A stretch of 64,000 nt of DNA from a virus. This document shows, one piece after another, positions 10,065 to 17,465 of this stretch. Location: the IMG/VR virus record IMGVR_UViG_3300042402_004628, positions 6,831 through 70,830 of that record. One strand, given 5' to 3'. The first letter of the stretch is position 1. Each line of letters begins with the position of its first letter. The notes beneath the pieces were generated by a model that saw only the letters and a list, made by a program, of their open reading frames with translations, did not search any database and was not told where the DNA came from. Position numbers and translations under genes: made by a program.

Positions 10065-11639
10065 ATGAAACTAACTGAGGAAATAAAGAAAATGCAATCC
10101 ATGATGGGCATTATGTCCGAGGATGTGAAAATATACGCAAACGGTGTTGGATCTGAGGTGTTTAATGATAACGAACATTACGGAAAGGTTGATGATATTA
10201 ATTTAAATGACACCATAGCAAATGAACCGTTTAAGGATATGGAATACATGGATAAAAGTTCCAATGTCGATGATATGGTTCAAGCCTTGAAATCTGGTGA
10301 AGAGCTGCCACCAATACTTGTTATTCAACACCCCTTCGACCAATCAAAATATTTGGTTGTCGATGGAAACCATAGAAGATACGCATATGACCGCGCAGGT
10401 GCTGATAAGATTCCAGCCGTTGTGATTAAACCAGAGGATGTTTTGTTAATGCAATCCGATTGGGGTGATCCAGAGGAAAAGGCGATCAGATTATCTGATG
10501 TTATATCCGATCCAGAGTTGTTTGCTCGAGAAAACACAAGAATGTTAATTGACAAGTATTTTGTTAAACCAGACGGATCACATGAGTTCGAATTGAATGA
10601 AAATTTATATGAGGAAAAGAAAAAAGCCGATCGTTGTTTAAGAATAGCGAGAAGAAAATACAGCAAACCATCAGCATATAGATCTGGTGCAATCGTTCAA
10701 TGCAGAAGAGGAAAGATATGGAGAGGTTTGAAGGAAGAGGAGATCCAAATGATTGACAACGCACCAGAGGAAATGCAAGGTTTGATCGCCAAGGCTCACG
10801 ATGCTTTGACGTGGAAGAGGGGTCGAAAAGAATATGCTCCAGATTTTAATGAACTTCAAACATGGGTGGATGCTTATTTGGAGACTGACGGTGGAATGCA
10901 TGAAGCGAAGAAAACCGATTTCTCAAAGGAGAAAAAGAGCGGACTTCACGGATGGTTTTCAAGAAGAGGTGGTGGCGGAAGCAAAGGATGGGTTGATTGC
11001 AACACATGCAGAAAAGTTGACGGAAAGAAAAAATGCAAGGCTTGTGGAAGACAAAAGGGTGAGGTGAGAGCCAAGTACCCATCATGCAGACCAACACCAG
11101 CATCATGCGGAACACCAGGAAAGGGAAAATCTTGGGGCAAGACAAAGGAAGAGGGTTACAGCTTGAATGAAGCCAAGGAGATGAAGAGAGTTGCTTTGCT
11201 TTTCATTGTGATTGACAACGAAGCGTTGTTGTTCAAGAGAAGCGAAGACGAAACAACAAATCCAGGAAAATACGGAATGCTTGGTGGTGGAATTGAAAAG
11301 AATGAAACGCCAGAGGAAGCAATCGTGAGAGAGATCAGAGAAGAAGCTGGTGTTGAGTTGAAATCATTCAAACCACTGAAGAAATATATTTACAACAACG
11401 AGTGTGAATTAAACGTATTCTACACAAACGAATTTCCAATTGATGATGTTGTGCTTGACAAGAACGAACACACATCGTACAAATATTTCACGATGGAACA
11501 ATTGATAGATATGGATCCAAAGGATATGATTGGTTCCAACAAAGAAATCGCGAAGGATTACAACGAGATCGCAAACAAGAAAAAGAAATTGGAAGAAGAG
11601 ATAGAGAGAATAAAAGCTACGATGAAGATTCTTATTTAA
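10065..11639 (+). CDS. ParB/Srx-like nuclease domain + Cys-rich linker + Nudix hydrolase fusion; shared N-terminal leader family
   Basis: 'LVVDGNHRRYA' ParB-type motif; Nudix box 'GGGIEKNETPEEAIVREIREEAGV'; Cys cluster CNTC..CKAC..C..C; N-terminus 'MKLTEEIKKMQSMMGIMSE'; the track ORF start 9783 overlaps the membrane gene. Confidence 0.7.
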   Translation: MKLTEEIKKMQSMMGIMSEDVKIYANGVGSEVFNDNEHYGKVDDINLNDTIANEPFKDMEYMDKSSNVDDMVQALKSGEELPPILVIQHPFDQSKYLVVDGNHRRYAYDRAGADKIPAVVIKPEDVLLMQSDWGDPEEKAIRLSDVISDPELFARENTRMLIDKYFVKPDGSHEFELNENLYEEKKKADRCLRIARRKYSKPSAYRSGAIVQCRRGKIWRGLKEEEIQMIDNAPEEMQGLIAKAHDALTWKRGRKEYAPDFNELQTWVDAYLETDGGMHEAKKTDFSKEKKSGLHGWFSRRGGGGSKGWVDCNTCRKVDGKKKCKACGRQKGEVRAKYPSCRPTPASCGTPGKGKSWGKTKEEGYSLNEAKEMKRVALLFIVIDNEALLFKRSEDETTNPGKYGMLGGGIEKNETPEEAIVREIREEAGVELKSFKPLKKYIYNNECELNVFYTNEFPIDDVVLDKNEHTSYKYFTMEQLIDMDPKDMIGSNKEIAKDYNEIANKKKKLEEEIERIKATMKILI

Positions 11640-11734
11640 CCTTCGCAAAGACAAACGCTACCTTCACATTCTGGGCAGCAAGTTCCTGGTTCAACCACGG
11701 GTAAAAACATTAAAGACAATTTTTATTATAGAAA

Positions 11735-11765
11735 AAAAAGGATCGATTAGTTCGATCCATTTTCA
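11735..11765. terminator. bidirectional terminator
   Basis: A8-GGATCGATTAGTTCGATCC-T4. Confidence 0.55.
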
Positions 11766-12298
11766 TTTATATTCTTTTCAACATTCTGTTTCATCCCGCG
11801 AACCATTTTAAGAAGACTGGAGTTATCGGTCTTAACGATGGTTGTCACCTGTGGTTCAGGTTCACGTGGCATTATCATGGCTGATACCTCACCGTCCCCA
11901 GAACCAGAACCGCCAGTTTCCATGCGAAGAGTTCTTTCGAAACGAACTGGTGAGCTGGTTGAGGTTGAAACAACTTTATTATGTGTCTTTTGAGCTTCAC
12001 TCTCCATATTGGTCAACATCTCAAGAATTTCCTTCTCACGAGATATGAATCTGTCCGTGCAAACGGTTTGATTGCTGATAACAATATCATTAAGTTCATT
12101 CACCCTGTCACTAAGGCTCTTTATCATAACCTTTTGGTTTTCCACCTTGTGTAATAATTCCTCATTATCTTGGGTAAGACCTTCGATAAGCTTAGGGCCA
12201 ATTGAGATAATCACAATGGACAAAAGAACAATCCCAAGAGCAGCAAGACGCTGTTTCATGGAGATCTTTGAGATGATTTCTGAAATATATTTAAACAT
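11747..12298 (-). CDS. membrane-anchored coiled-coil protein
   Basis: N-terminal TM 'LAALGIVLLSIVIISIG' then coiled coil; palindrome 32-56 nt upstream. Confidence 0.5.
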   Translation of the reverse strand: MFKYISEIISKISMKQRLAALGIVLLSIVIISIGPKLIEGLTQDNEELLHKVENQKVMIKSLSDRVNELNDIVISNQTVCTDRFISREKEILEMLTNMESEAQKTHNKVVSTSTSSPVRFERTLRMETGGSGSGDGEVSAMIMPREPEPQVTTIVKTDNSSLLKMVRGMKQNVEKNINENGSN

Positions 12299-12329
12299 GT
12301 CTCTATTTGTTTAAATATAAATATTCGTG

Positions 12330-12354
12330 TTTACAGTAAATTGTTTACTGTAAA
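12330..12354. promoter_or_regulatory. perfect 11-bp inverted repeat with a 3-bp spacer (operator-like palindrome)
   Basis: TTTACAGTAAA-TTG-TTTACTGTAAA, 32-56 nt upstream of the 12298 start codon. Confidence 0.45.
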
Positions 12355-12453
12355 CTAAATTAAAAGCAACGGGGGTAAAAATTACCATAATGTGTCACCA
12401 TCCCCAGGAGGGTGTTCGGAATAAAGGGTTTGTAAAAATTGTGGGGTTATGAA

Positions 12454-13137
12454 TTATATTCCAACGGTTGGTGAGTCCATGTTCTCACTTAAACCATAAT
12501 GTTTCTCAACCAAAGTTTCAAAGTAATTTAAAAGTCCTTCTTTACCAATACCACTTTCTTTGGCTTTCGCAATGAAGTCATCAGCACTAGCACCAATTCC
12601 ACCTTGAATCCAGTCCACATCAGCAGCTGTGATTATTTTTTCATTGATTGGTTCCTCACTCATTCTATTTAAAAAACTATTTAATTTTCCATTACTATAA
12701 GTTAAACCAAGTTCTTTGGTTAACTTTTCAAGTACTCTAACCACTTGAGTTTTATATGGGTCTGAATAAGCTCTAACAAAAGATCCAGAGCCACGATTAA
12801 ACATGAAACCGTATATTCTTTGATCTATTTGACTAATCACATATTTTTTCTTCTCTTCTGGTTCTGTTGGTATTGACCCAGTATATTTTTGGTCTGACTC
12901 AACAAAATCGGTTACCAGTTTATTAAAAGCTTCCACAAATTCTTTTGCTTTTGTTGGATTTTCTTGCCAAGAATCATTACGAGCACTATTATTAATTGAT
13001 AAACCTTTAATTATTGGTTCCATACGTCCAAAGCCATCATCAATTATTTTAACGGAATCAACGAACTCGTTTAGATTCTCATTAAGGCCCATCATCTGGC
13101 GTATTCTTAAAACTTCTTCATTTAAGGTATTATTCAT
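12454..13137 (-). CDS. hypothetical protein; shared N-terminal leader family
   Basis: 'MNNTLNEEVLRIRQMMGLNE' leader. Confidence 0.6.
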   Translation of the reverse strand: MNNTLNEEVLRIRQMMGLNENLNEFVDSVKIIDDGFGRMEPIIKGLSINNSARNDSWQENPTKAKEFVEAFNKLVTDFVESDQKYTGSIPTEPEEKKKYVISQIDQRIYGFMFNRGSGSFVRAYSDPYKTQVVRVLEKLTKELGLTYSNGKLNSFLNRMSEEPINEKIITAADVDWIQGGIGASADDFIAKAKESGIGKEGLLNYFETLVEKHYGLSENMDSPTVGI

Positions 13138-13190
13138 GGTAAAATCAATTAATTTACTATAAATATCTGAAAAATGGATAAAAAAAACAC

Positions 13191-13243
13191 CCCCAGAAAT
13201 TTTTTGAGAAAACGATTTGAAAATAAAACAAGGGTCACTTTTT
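13191..13243. repeat. left copy of a ~50-bp direct repeat flanking gene 13217-13840
   Basis: CCCCAGAAATTTTTTGA.AAAA.GATT...ACAAGGGTC..TTTT shared with 13853-13903. Confidence 0.7.
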
Positions 13244-13840
13244 AGTTTATGGTTTTTTTATTACTTTTGTTTTATGATATTACAGAACACAAATACCGAG
13301 GATAAACTTTCATATTGCAAGGAAGCATCGGATGTACAAGAACCAGCGTTTGTTGAGTTCATAAACGGGTTGAATGGATTGGTTACATTGAAGATTAATC
13401 CAGATAAGGAATTTGATCCATACACACACGATTTGGTTGTGAATGGAGCCCCAGGAGATCTTAAGACACAAGACACACCATTCTTTAAATCTGAGACGCT
13501 TTACGATATCGATCCTCAGTGGGCCATCACATATAACCATAAGGATTACCTGAGGTACAAGAAGAAGTACACAAGCGTTGGAAAGAACGTTGTATTGTTC
13601 TTTGACGTGACAAGAAAGGATGAGGTTAAATACGATGTGAAGACATTCCCCATGAGGGCCATCTTTTACACAAAGGCATCAGACATTGAAAAGATGATTG
13701 AGAACAAAGAGGTTCCCCTTCATGAGTACCTTAACAGAAAGAATGACGACCAGGGAAACGCAAAGAGCAGTTATGTGATCGATGTCAGACGCTTTAACAT
13801 GATATACTATTCAGGAAAAGGATTCAGGTTGAAAATCTGA
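13217..13840 (+). CDS. hypothetical protein flanked by ~50-bp direct repeats (alternative start 13274)
   Basis: ORF track 207 aa; the first ATG lies inside the upstream direct-repeat copy. Confidence 0.5.
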   Translation: MKIKQGSLFSLWFFYYFCFMILQNTNTEDKLSYCKEASDVQEPAFVEFINGLNGLVTLKINPDKEFDPYTHDLVVNGAPGDLKTQDTPFFKSETLYDIDPQWAITYNHKDYLRYKKKYTSVGKNVVLFFDVTRKDEVKYDVKTFPMRAIFYTKASDIEKMIENKEVPLHEYLNRKNDDQGNAKSSYVIDVRRFNMIYYSGKGFRLKI

Positions 13841-13852
13841 GAAAAAAAAATT

Positions 13853-13940
13853 CCCCAGAAATTTTTTGAAAAAATGATTCCCCACAGAACAAGGGTCGAT
13901 TTTCCAGAAAAAAGTACCCCCAGAAATTTTTTTCAGAAAT
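13853..13940. repeat. right copy of the direct repeat plus a partial third copy (13916-13940)
   Basis: See the left copy. Confidence 0.7.
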
Positions 13941-13957
13941 ACTTCATTTAGATATTT

Positions 13958-14030
13958 GAGCCCCCCTTTGCCCCCCATAAACGGGGGGTAGGGAGGGGGA
14001 TACGGGAGGGGGGAGGGTGTACCACCCCCT
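13958..14030. other. GC-rich structured element at the convergent A/B junction: C6/G6 hairpin followed by a G-tract run (G-quadruplex candidate)
   Basis: GAGCCCCCCTTTGCCCCCCATAAACGGGGGGTAGGGAGGGGGATACGGGAGGGGGGAGGGTGTACCACCCCC in an otherwise AT-rich window. Confidence 0.6.
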
Positions 14031-14124
14031 ATACTGCTATTTTCTTTTAATGTGCAAGTTTATATAAAACAAAGTTATCCACACTTGTGATGTGGATAAC
14101 ATTATTTGTTTATGTGGTTAAAGG

Positions 14125-14646
14125 TTATCCGAAGATAACCTTTTCCCCACACTTGATATTCTCAATACCCTCAACCTTGATAGTACGGATAACAATATCA
14201 TTATCCAAACCTTGATTGATTGCCTTGCTTGGCTTTTGTTTGAACTGCTTGATAACCTCAACTTGTTCAGCGTTTGCCTCAACCCCGTCAACGAAGTATT
14301 TAAGCGTTTTAGAAGTGTTACAAGCGAACTTTAAGTACTCACACGATAGGTCGCTTTTCTTTGCTACGATAGAGCCGTTAAAGCCGTCATTTACGGGCGT
14401 AAACCAATTTTCTTTGGCTACGAAGTCAGCCTCTTTACCCTCACGAATACGGGCGTTATTCACCATATTTTGATAGTTAGCGTTTAACAACATATTGTAG
14501 TCAACTAACTTGGTGATAACGGCACTACGCAAAGGGTTGCCCGTCTTTAACATTTTTTGTTCAACCACTGCTAATACTTGGGCGAACTTTGCACTGCCTC
14601 CGTCATTGATAAGGCTTGCGATTACTTGTGATTTTTTGTTTTGCAT
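14125..14646 (-). CDS. hypothetical protein, paralog A of a duplicated family
   Basis: ~50% identical over full length to the 24502-25017 protein (shared NDGGSA, KTGNPLR, REGKEADF, YFVDG.EA.AE.VE.IK.FK blocks). Confidence 0.65.
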   Translation of the reverse strand: MQNKKSQVIASLINDGGSAKFAQVLAVVEQKMLKTGNPLRSAVITKLVDYNMLLNANYQNMVNNARIREGKEADFVAKENWFTPVNDGFNGSIVAKKSDLSCEYLKFACNTSKTLKYFVDGVEANAEQVEVIKQFKQKPSKAINQGLDNDIVIRTIKVEGIENIKCGEKVIFG

Positions 14647-14670
14647 ATCTGTTTGTTTTGATTTGATGAT

Positions 14671-14702
14671 ACAAATGTAGGTGTAATTTTTTTAACCCGC
14701 AA
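14671..14702 (-). promoter_or_regulatory. cassette promoter (TTTG-N20-TAnnTTTG) for paralog A
   Basis: TTTGCGGGTTAAAAAAATTACACCTACATTTG. Confidence 0.6.
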
Positions 14703-14835
14703 ATTTTAACGCAAATTTTTTTATCTTTTTTTTTGTTTAACTTTTCGGGCAAAACATTAAACACAAAAAGTATCGTGTAGGTTGGAGTATACTCTCCCGA
14801 CTTGTTCAGCCCGCCCGTTGTCTTTAACAACAATA

Positions 14836-14867
14836 CAAAGGTAAATGAAATAAATTTAACTTGCAAA
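14836..14867 (-). promoter_or_regulatory. cassette promoter with no ORF downstream (candidate sRNA unit)
   Basis: Consensus copy; ~135 nt non-coding before promoter 14671-14702. Confidence 0.5.
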
Positions 14868-14981
14868 CTTTAACACAAATTTCTTTGTTTTTTTTTTGAC
14901 TCATTTTAAGCCGTTTTAAGACACTCTAACAACTAAACCATACGAACATATACCTTTGTTCCTTTCGTTTAATCTGAGCAT

Positions 14982-15006
14982 AAAAAAAGGGGCGATTTGC
15001 CCCTTT
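14982..15006 (-). terminator. cassette terminator (one of about 35 similar GGGGA..TCCCC hairpins with a T-run in module B)
   Basis: GGGGCGATTTGCCCC flanked by A7 on + (a T-run on the transcribed strand). Confidence 0.6.
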
Positions 15007-15024
15007 CTTTGTTTCTTGTTTACC

Positions 15025-15258
15025 TTACCAAACCAAAACCGCTGGGTCTTCCGTTTGGGCGATTTGTTCCGCCTTTGTTTTTAACTCGGTCATTTGAGCG
15101 ATTAAAACCTCATAGGTCGGTCTTTGATTTGTTTTGTAACCCAAAATTCGTTTGGCACAATCCCTCGCTGAAATTCGGCTCATTTTCATTCCTGTTTTTT
15201 TCTCGAACTCTAAGCCGCGAAGGCATACTACGATTTGAAAAAGTGATGTTGTTGTCAT
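15025..15258 (-). CDS. hypothetical small protein
   Basis: First ATG after the cassette promoter; the track's extra 'MNYQNKQT' is a promoter/leader read-through artefact; terminator downstream. Confidence 0.55.
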   Translation of the reverse strand: MTTTSLFQIVVCLRGLEFEKKTGMKMSRISARDCAKRILGYKTNQRPTYEVLIAQMTELKTKAEQIAQTEDPAVLVW

Positions 15259-15279
15259 TGTTTGTTTGTTTTGATAGTT

Positions 15280-15311
15280 CAAAGATAAACGAAATAAATT
15301 TAACTTGCAAA
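15280..15311 (-). promoter_or_regulatory. cassette promoter for CDS start 15258
   Basis: TTTGCAAGTTAAATTTATTTCGTTTATCTTTG. Confidence 0.65.
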
Positions 15312-15320
15312 TTTTAACAT

Positions 15321-15347
15321 AAAAAAAAGGGGAATTTCTTCCCCTTT
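15321..15347 (-). terminator. cassette terminator
   Basis: GGGGAATTTCTTCCCC + T8 on the minus strand. Confidence 0.65.
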
Positions 15348-15365
15348 CTTTGTTTCTTGTTTACC

Positions 15366-15506
15366 TTAAAAATTTCTTCCCGAAATTTTATATTTGTCTT
15401 CTTTTGGATTACCCCAAAACCAATTGTTAAGTTTACGAACTATAACTATTGATAGCCAAATGGTAAGAAAAAATATGGGCAATCCGATAATAAAGAAATC
15501 TTTCAT
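15366..15506 (-). CDS. small membrane protein (46 aa)
   Basis: MKDFFIIGLPIFFLTIWLSIVIV... after an inverted-core cassette promoter. Confidence 0.45.
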   Translation of the reverse strand: MKDFFIIGLPIFFLTIWLSIVIVRKLNNWFWGNPKEDKYKISGRNF

Positions 15507-15528
15507 AGGTTTGTTTGTTTTGTTGATA

Positions 15529-15560
15529 TAAAGATAAGTTAAATTTATTTCATTTGCAAG
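15529..15560 (-). promoter_or_regulatory. cassette promoter, inverted-core variant, for CDS start 15506
   Basis: Flanks conserved; central 17-mer present as its reverse complement. Confidence 0.5.
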
Positions 15561-15615
15561 TTTTAACATAAAAAAAGGGGAATTTCTTCCCCTTTGTTTG
15601 CATTAGCACTTTTGT

Positions 15616-15681
15616 TTACATTAGCACAGCCATGATTAACAAAGCACCGCAAAAAAGCGTTAAGACGAATAGAATACTCAT
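15616..15681 (-). CDS. candidate 21-aa hydrophobic micro-peptide MSILFVLTLFCGALLIMAVLM
   Basis: Only ORF between cassette promoter 15704-15735 and the next terminator. Confidence 0.25.
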   Translation of the reverse strand: MSILFVLTLFCGALLIMAVLM

Positions 15682-15703
15682 TGTTTATTTTGATTTGTTG
15701 ATA

Positions 15704-15735
15704 CAAAGATAAGTTAAATTTATTTCATTTGCAAG
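15704..15735 (-). promoter_or_regulatory. cassette promoter, inverted-core variant (micro-ORF or sRNA unit)
   Basis: As above. Confidence 0.5.
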
Positions 15736-15798
15736 TTTTAACATAAAAAAAAGGGAACTTTTTTTGTTCCCTCTCTTTTGATCCACAACCCTATTCTT

Positions 15799-16350
15799 TT
15801 AATATGAACAACCTTTTGATTTAACAAAGGGAATAAAAACCCCGAAGTTTGCACTAACTTGTTTTTGTGTGTTTATATCAACCCTAACCCAACCAACATA
15901 ATAGTTAAGATACAAACCCCCAACCAAAGTGTTTATGTTTTTGCGACAACTTAAAACGCTGAACTCCCCGACACTTGTTTTTGTGTAGTTTGTGTATGTT
16001 TCTCTTTGATTAAAGTTTAACCCTGCGTGAACCCCAACCCGAACTGCGTTATCATTGTTCAACACTTTACCAACCAACAACTTTGTGTTTGTTTCTTTTG
16101 TTGATATGTTTCTAACCTCGTAATTGTTGTATTGTGGGTGTTGTTCGGGTGCAACATAATCATATTGAAACAAAGGTGCTTGTTCCCCTTGTTTAATACA
16201 ACCATAAGAAACTGAACCATAGTAACCCCAATTGTTTGCGTCAACCCCCAGGGTTATATCGTTTAACTTTGTGTTTGTTCCTACCAACATTTGTCCGTTT
16301 GCAACCATTGAAGAAACTCCGAGTGCGATTGAGAAAATTAACTTTTTCAT
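15799..16350 (-). CDS. secreted beta-rich protein (signal peptide; outer-membrane-like)
   Basis: MKKLIFSIALGVSSMVANGQ signal; alternating aromatic/polar pattern. Confidence 0.55.
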   Translation of the reverse strand: MKKLIFSIALGVSSMVANGQMLVGTNTKLNDITLGVDANNWGYYGSVSYGCIKQGEQAPLFQYDYVAPEQHPQYNNYEVRNISTKETNTKLLVGKVLNNDNAVRVGVHAGLNFNQRETYTNYTKTSVGEFSVLSCRKNINTLVGGLYLNYYVGWVRVDINTQKQVSANFGVFIPFVKSKGCSY

Positions 16351-16374
16351 TTGTTTTGTTTGATTTGATAACAC

Positions 16375-16405
16375 AAAGATATGTTAAATTTATTTCATTT
16401 GCAAA
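16375..16405 (-). promoter_or_regulatory. cassette promoter, inverted-core variant, for CDS start 16350
   Basis: As above. Confidence 0.5.
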
Positions 16406-16524
16406 TTTTAACATAAAAAAAGGGGACTTTTTTGTCCCCCTTTTTTGTTCGGTTAATCTAACTTGTTGCTGACAAACGAACCGATAGCAACAAGAATTAA
16501 AGCTATTAATAGTCCCATAGTTTT

Positions 16525-16737
16525 TTATATGTTATTTGTTTGACAAAACCTATCAAAATAGGCTTCTTCTTGGGCTTGAACATAACGAGATTCATCCGTT
16601 ATTGTTTCACTTGGGGAATAACTTGGGTGGTACGCTAATTTACGATTTACATCATAAACAATTGTGTCCCCCTTTTGTAGTCTTTTACCACTTGCGGCAC
16701 ATTTGCTACTGAATTTGGCTACGATTATTTTTAACAT
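16525..16737 (-). CDS. hypothetical small protein
   Basis: Cassette promoter + first ATG (MLKIIVAKF...). Confidence 0.5.
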   Translation of the reverse strand: MLKIIVAKFSSKCAASGKRLQKGDTIVYDVNRKLAYHPSYSPSETITDESRYVQAQEEAYFDRFCQTNNI

Positions 16738-16758
16738 TGTTTGTTTGTTTTGATAGTT

Positions 16759-16790
16759 CAAAGATAAACGAAATAAATTTAACTTGCAAA
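16759..16790 (-). promoter_or_regulatory. cassette promoter for start 16737
   Basis: Consensus copy. Confidence 0.65.
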
Positions 16791-16851
16791 TTTTAACATA
16801 AAAAAAGGGTAAATTTCTTTACCCCCTTTTCAAACATTATGAACAACAAAT

Positions 16852-17079
16852 TTATTTTATCTTTTCCGCGAAATAGTTTACAACATCGGGAATGTGTTTT
16901 TTGTAGTACGGCTGATTTTCCATGCACCACTTTTTAACCTCTTCTTTTGTTGTGAAACCTTTGTTACCCCAACTTGAAGCGTTTGATTGAATTTGATTGA
17001 ATGTTGGCTCCAAGTCGTTGATGAAGTCGCGAACTGTCCAACCCTCCCAAATGTGTTTGTCTAAATTTACTTTTGCCAT
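16852..17079 (-). CDS. hypothetical small protein
   Basis: Cassette promoter + first ATG (MAKVNLDKHIWEGW...). Confidence 0.5.
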   Translation of the reverse strand: MAKVNLDKHIWEGWTVRDFINDLEPTFNQIQSNASSWGNKGFTTKEEVKKWCMENQPYYKKHIPDVVNYFAEKIK

Positions 17080-17100
17080 TGTTTGTTTGATTTGTTGATG

Positions 17101-17132
17101 CAAAGATAAATGAAATAAATTTAACTTGCAAA
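17101..17132 (-). promoter_or_regulatory. cassette promoter for start 17079
   Basis: Consensus copy; abuts a terminator. Confidence 0.65.
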
Positions 17133-17133
17133 T

Positions 17134-17157
17134 AAAAAGGGGAATTTCTTCCCCTTT
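17134..17157 (-). terminator. cassette terminator
   Basis: GGGGAATTTCTTCCCC. Confidence 0.6.
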
Positions 17158-17163
17158 CTTTTT

Positions 17164-17352
17164 TTAGTTATAAGCATCGCAAGTGTGGTGCTTGTGTCTT
17201 TCAGGTTTAATCGGTGCATAGTGTGTTTTGTACGCATCGCACTGAACATACTTTGTGCGTTTTTTATGTTTCTTTAACTTGATACCATCGTTTGCAAAAC
17301 TTGTTCCCGTTGCCATAACTGAAACCAACAATAAAATAAATAACTTTTTCAT
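17164..17352 (-). CDS. small secreted His/Lys-rich protein
   Basis: Signal peptide MKKLFILLLVSVMATGTSFA; 62 aa. Confidence 0.5.
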   Translation of the reverse strand: MKKLFILLLVSVMATGTSFANDGIKLKKHKKRTKYVQCDAYKTHYAPIKPERHKHHTCDAYN

Positions 17353-17465
17353 AGGGTTTGTTTTTGATTATGATGTAAAAGTATATAGATTAAATTTAAT
17401 GTGCAAATTTTTTGCAAAAAAAAAGGAAGAAATTTCTTTCTTCCAATTTTCGTATCAAATCAAAC

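Noticed and set aside
834-11371. Nested or antisense track ORFs (834-1082, 1819-2007, 4122-4367, 5616-5957, 8242-8568, 8872-9093, 9437-9634, 9872-10111, 10325-11371, etc.)
   Set aside because: They lie fully inside longer, motif-bearing ORFs on the other strand or frame. Several have low-complexity translations and no promoter or terminator context.
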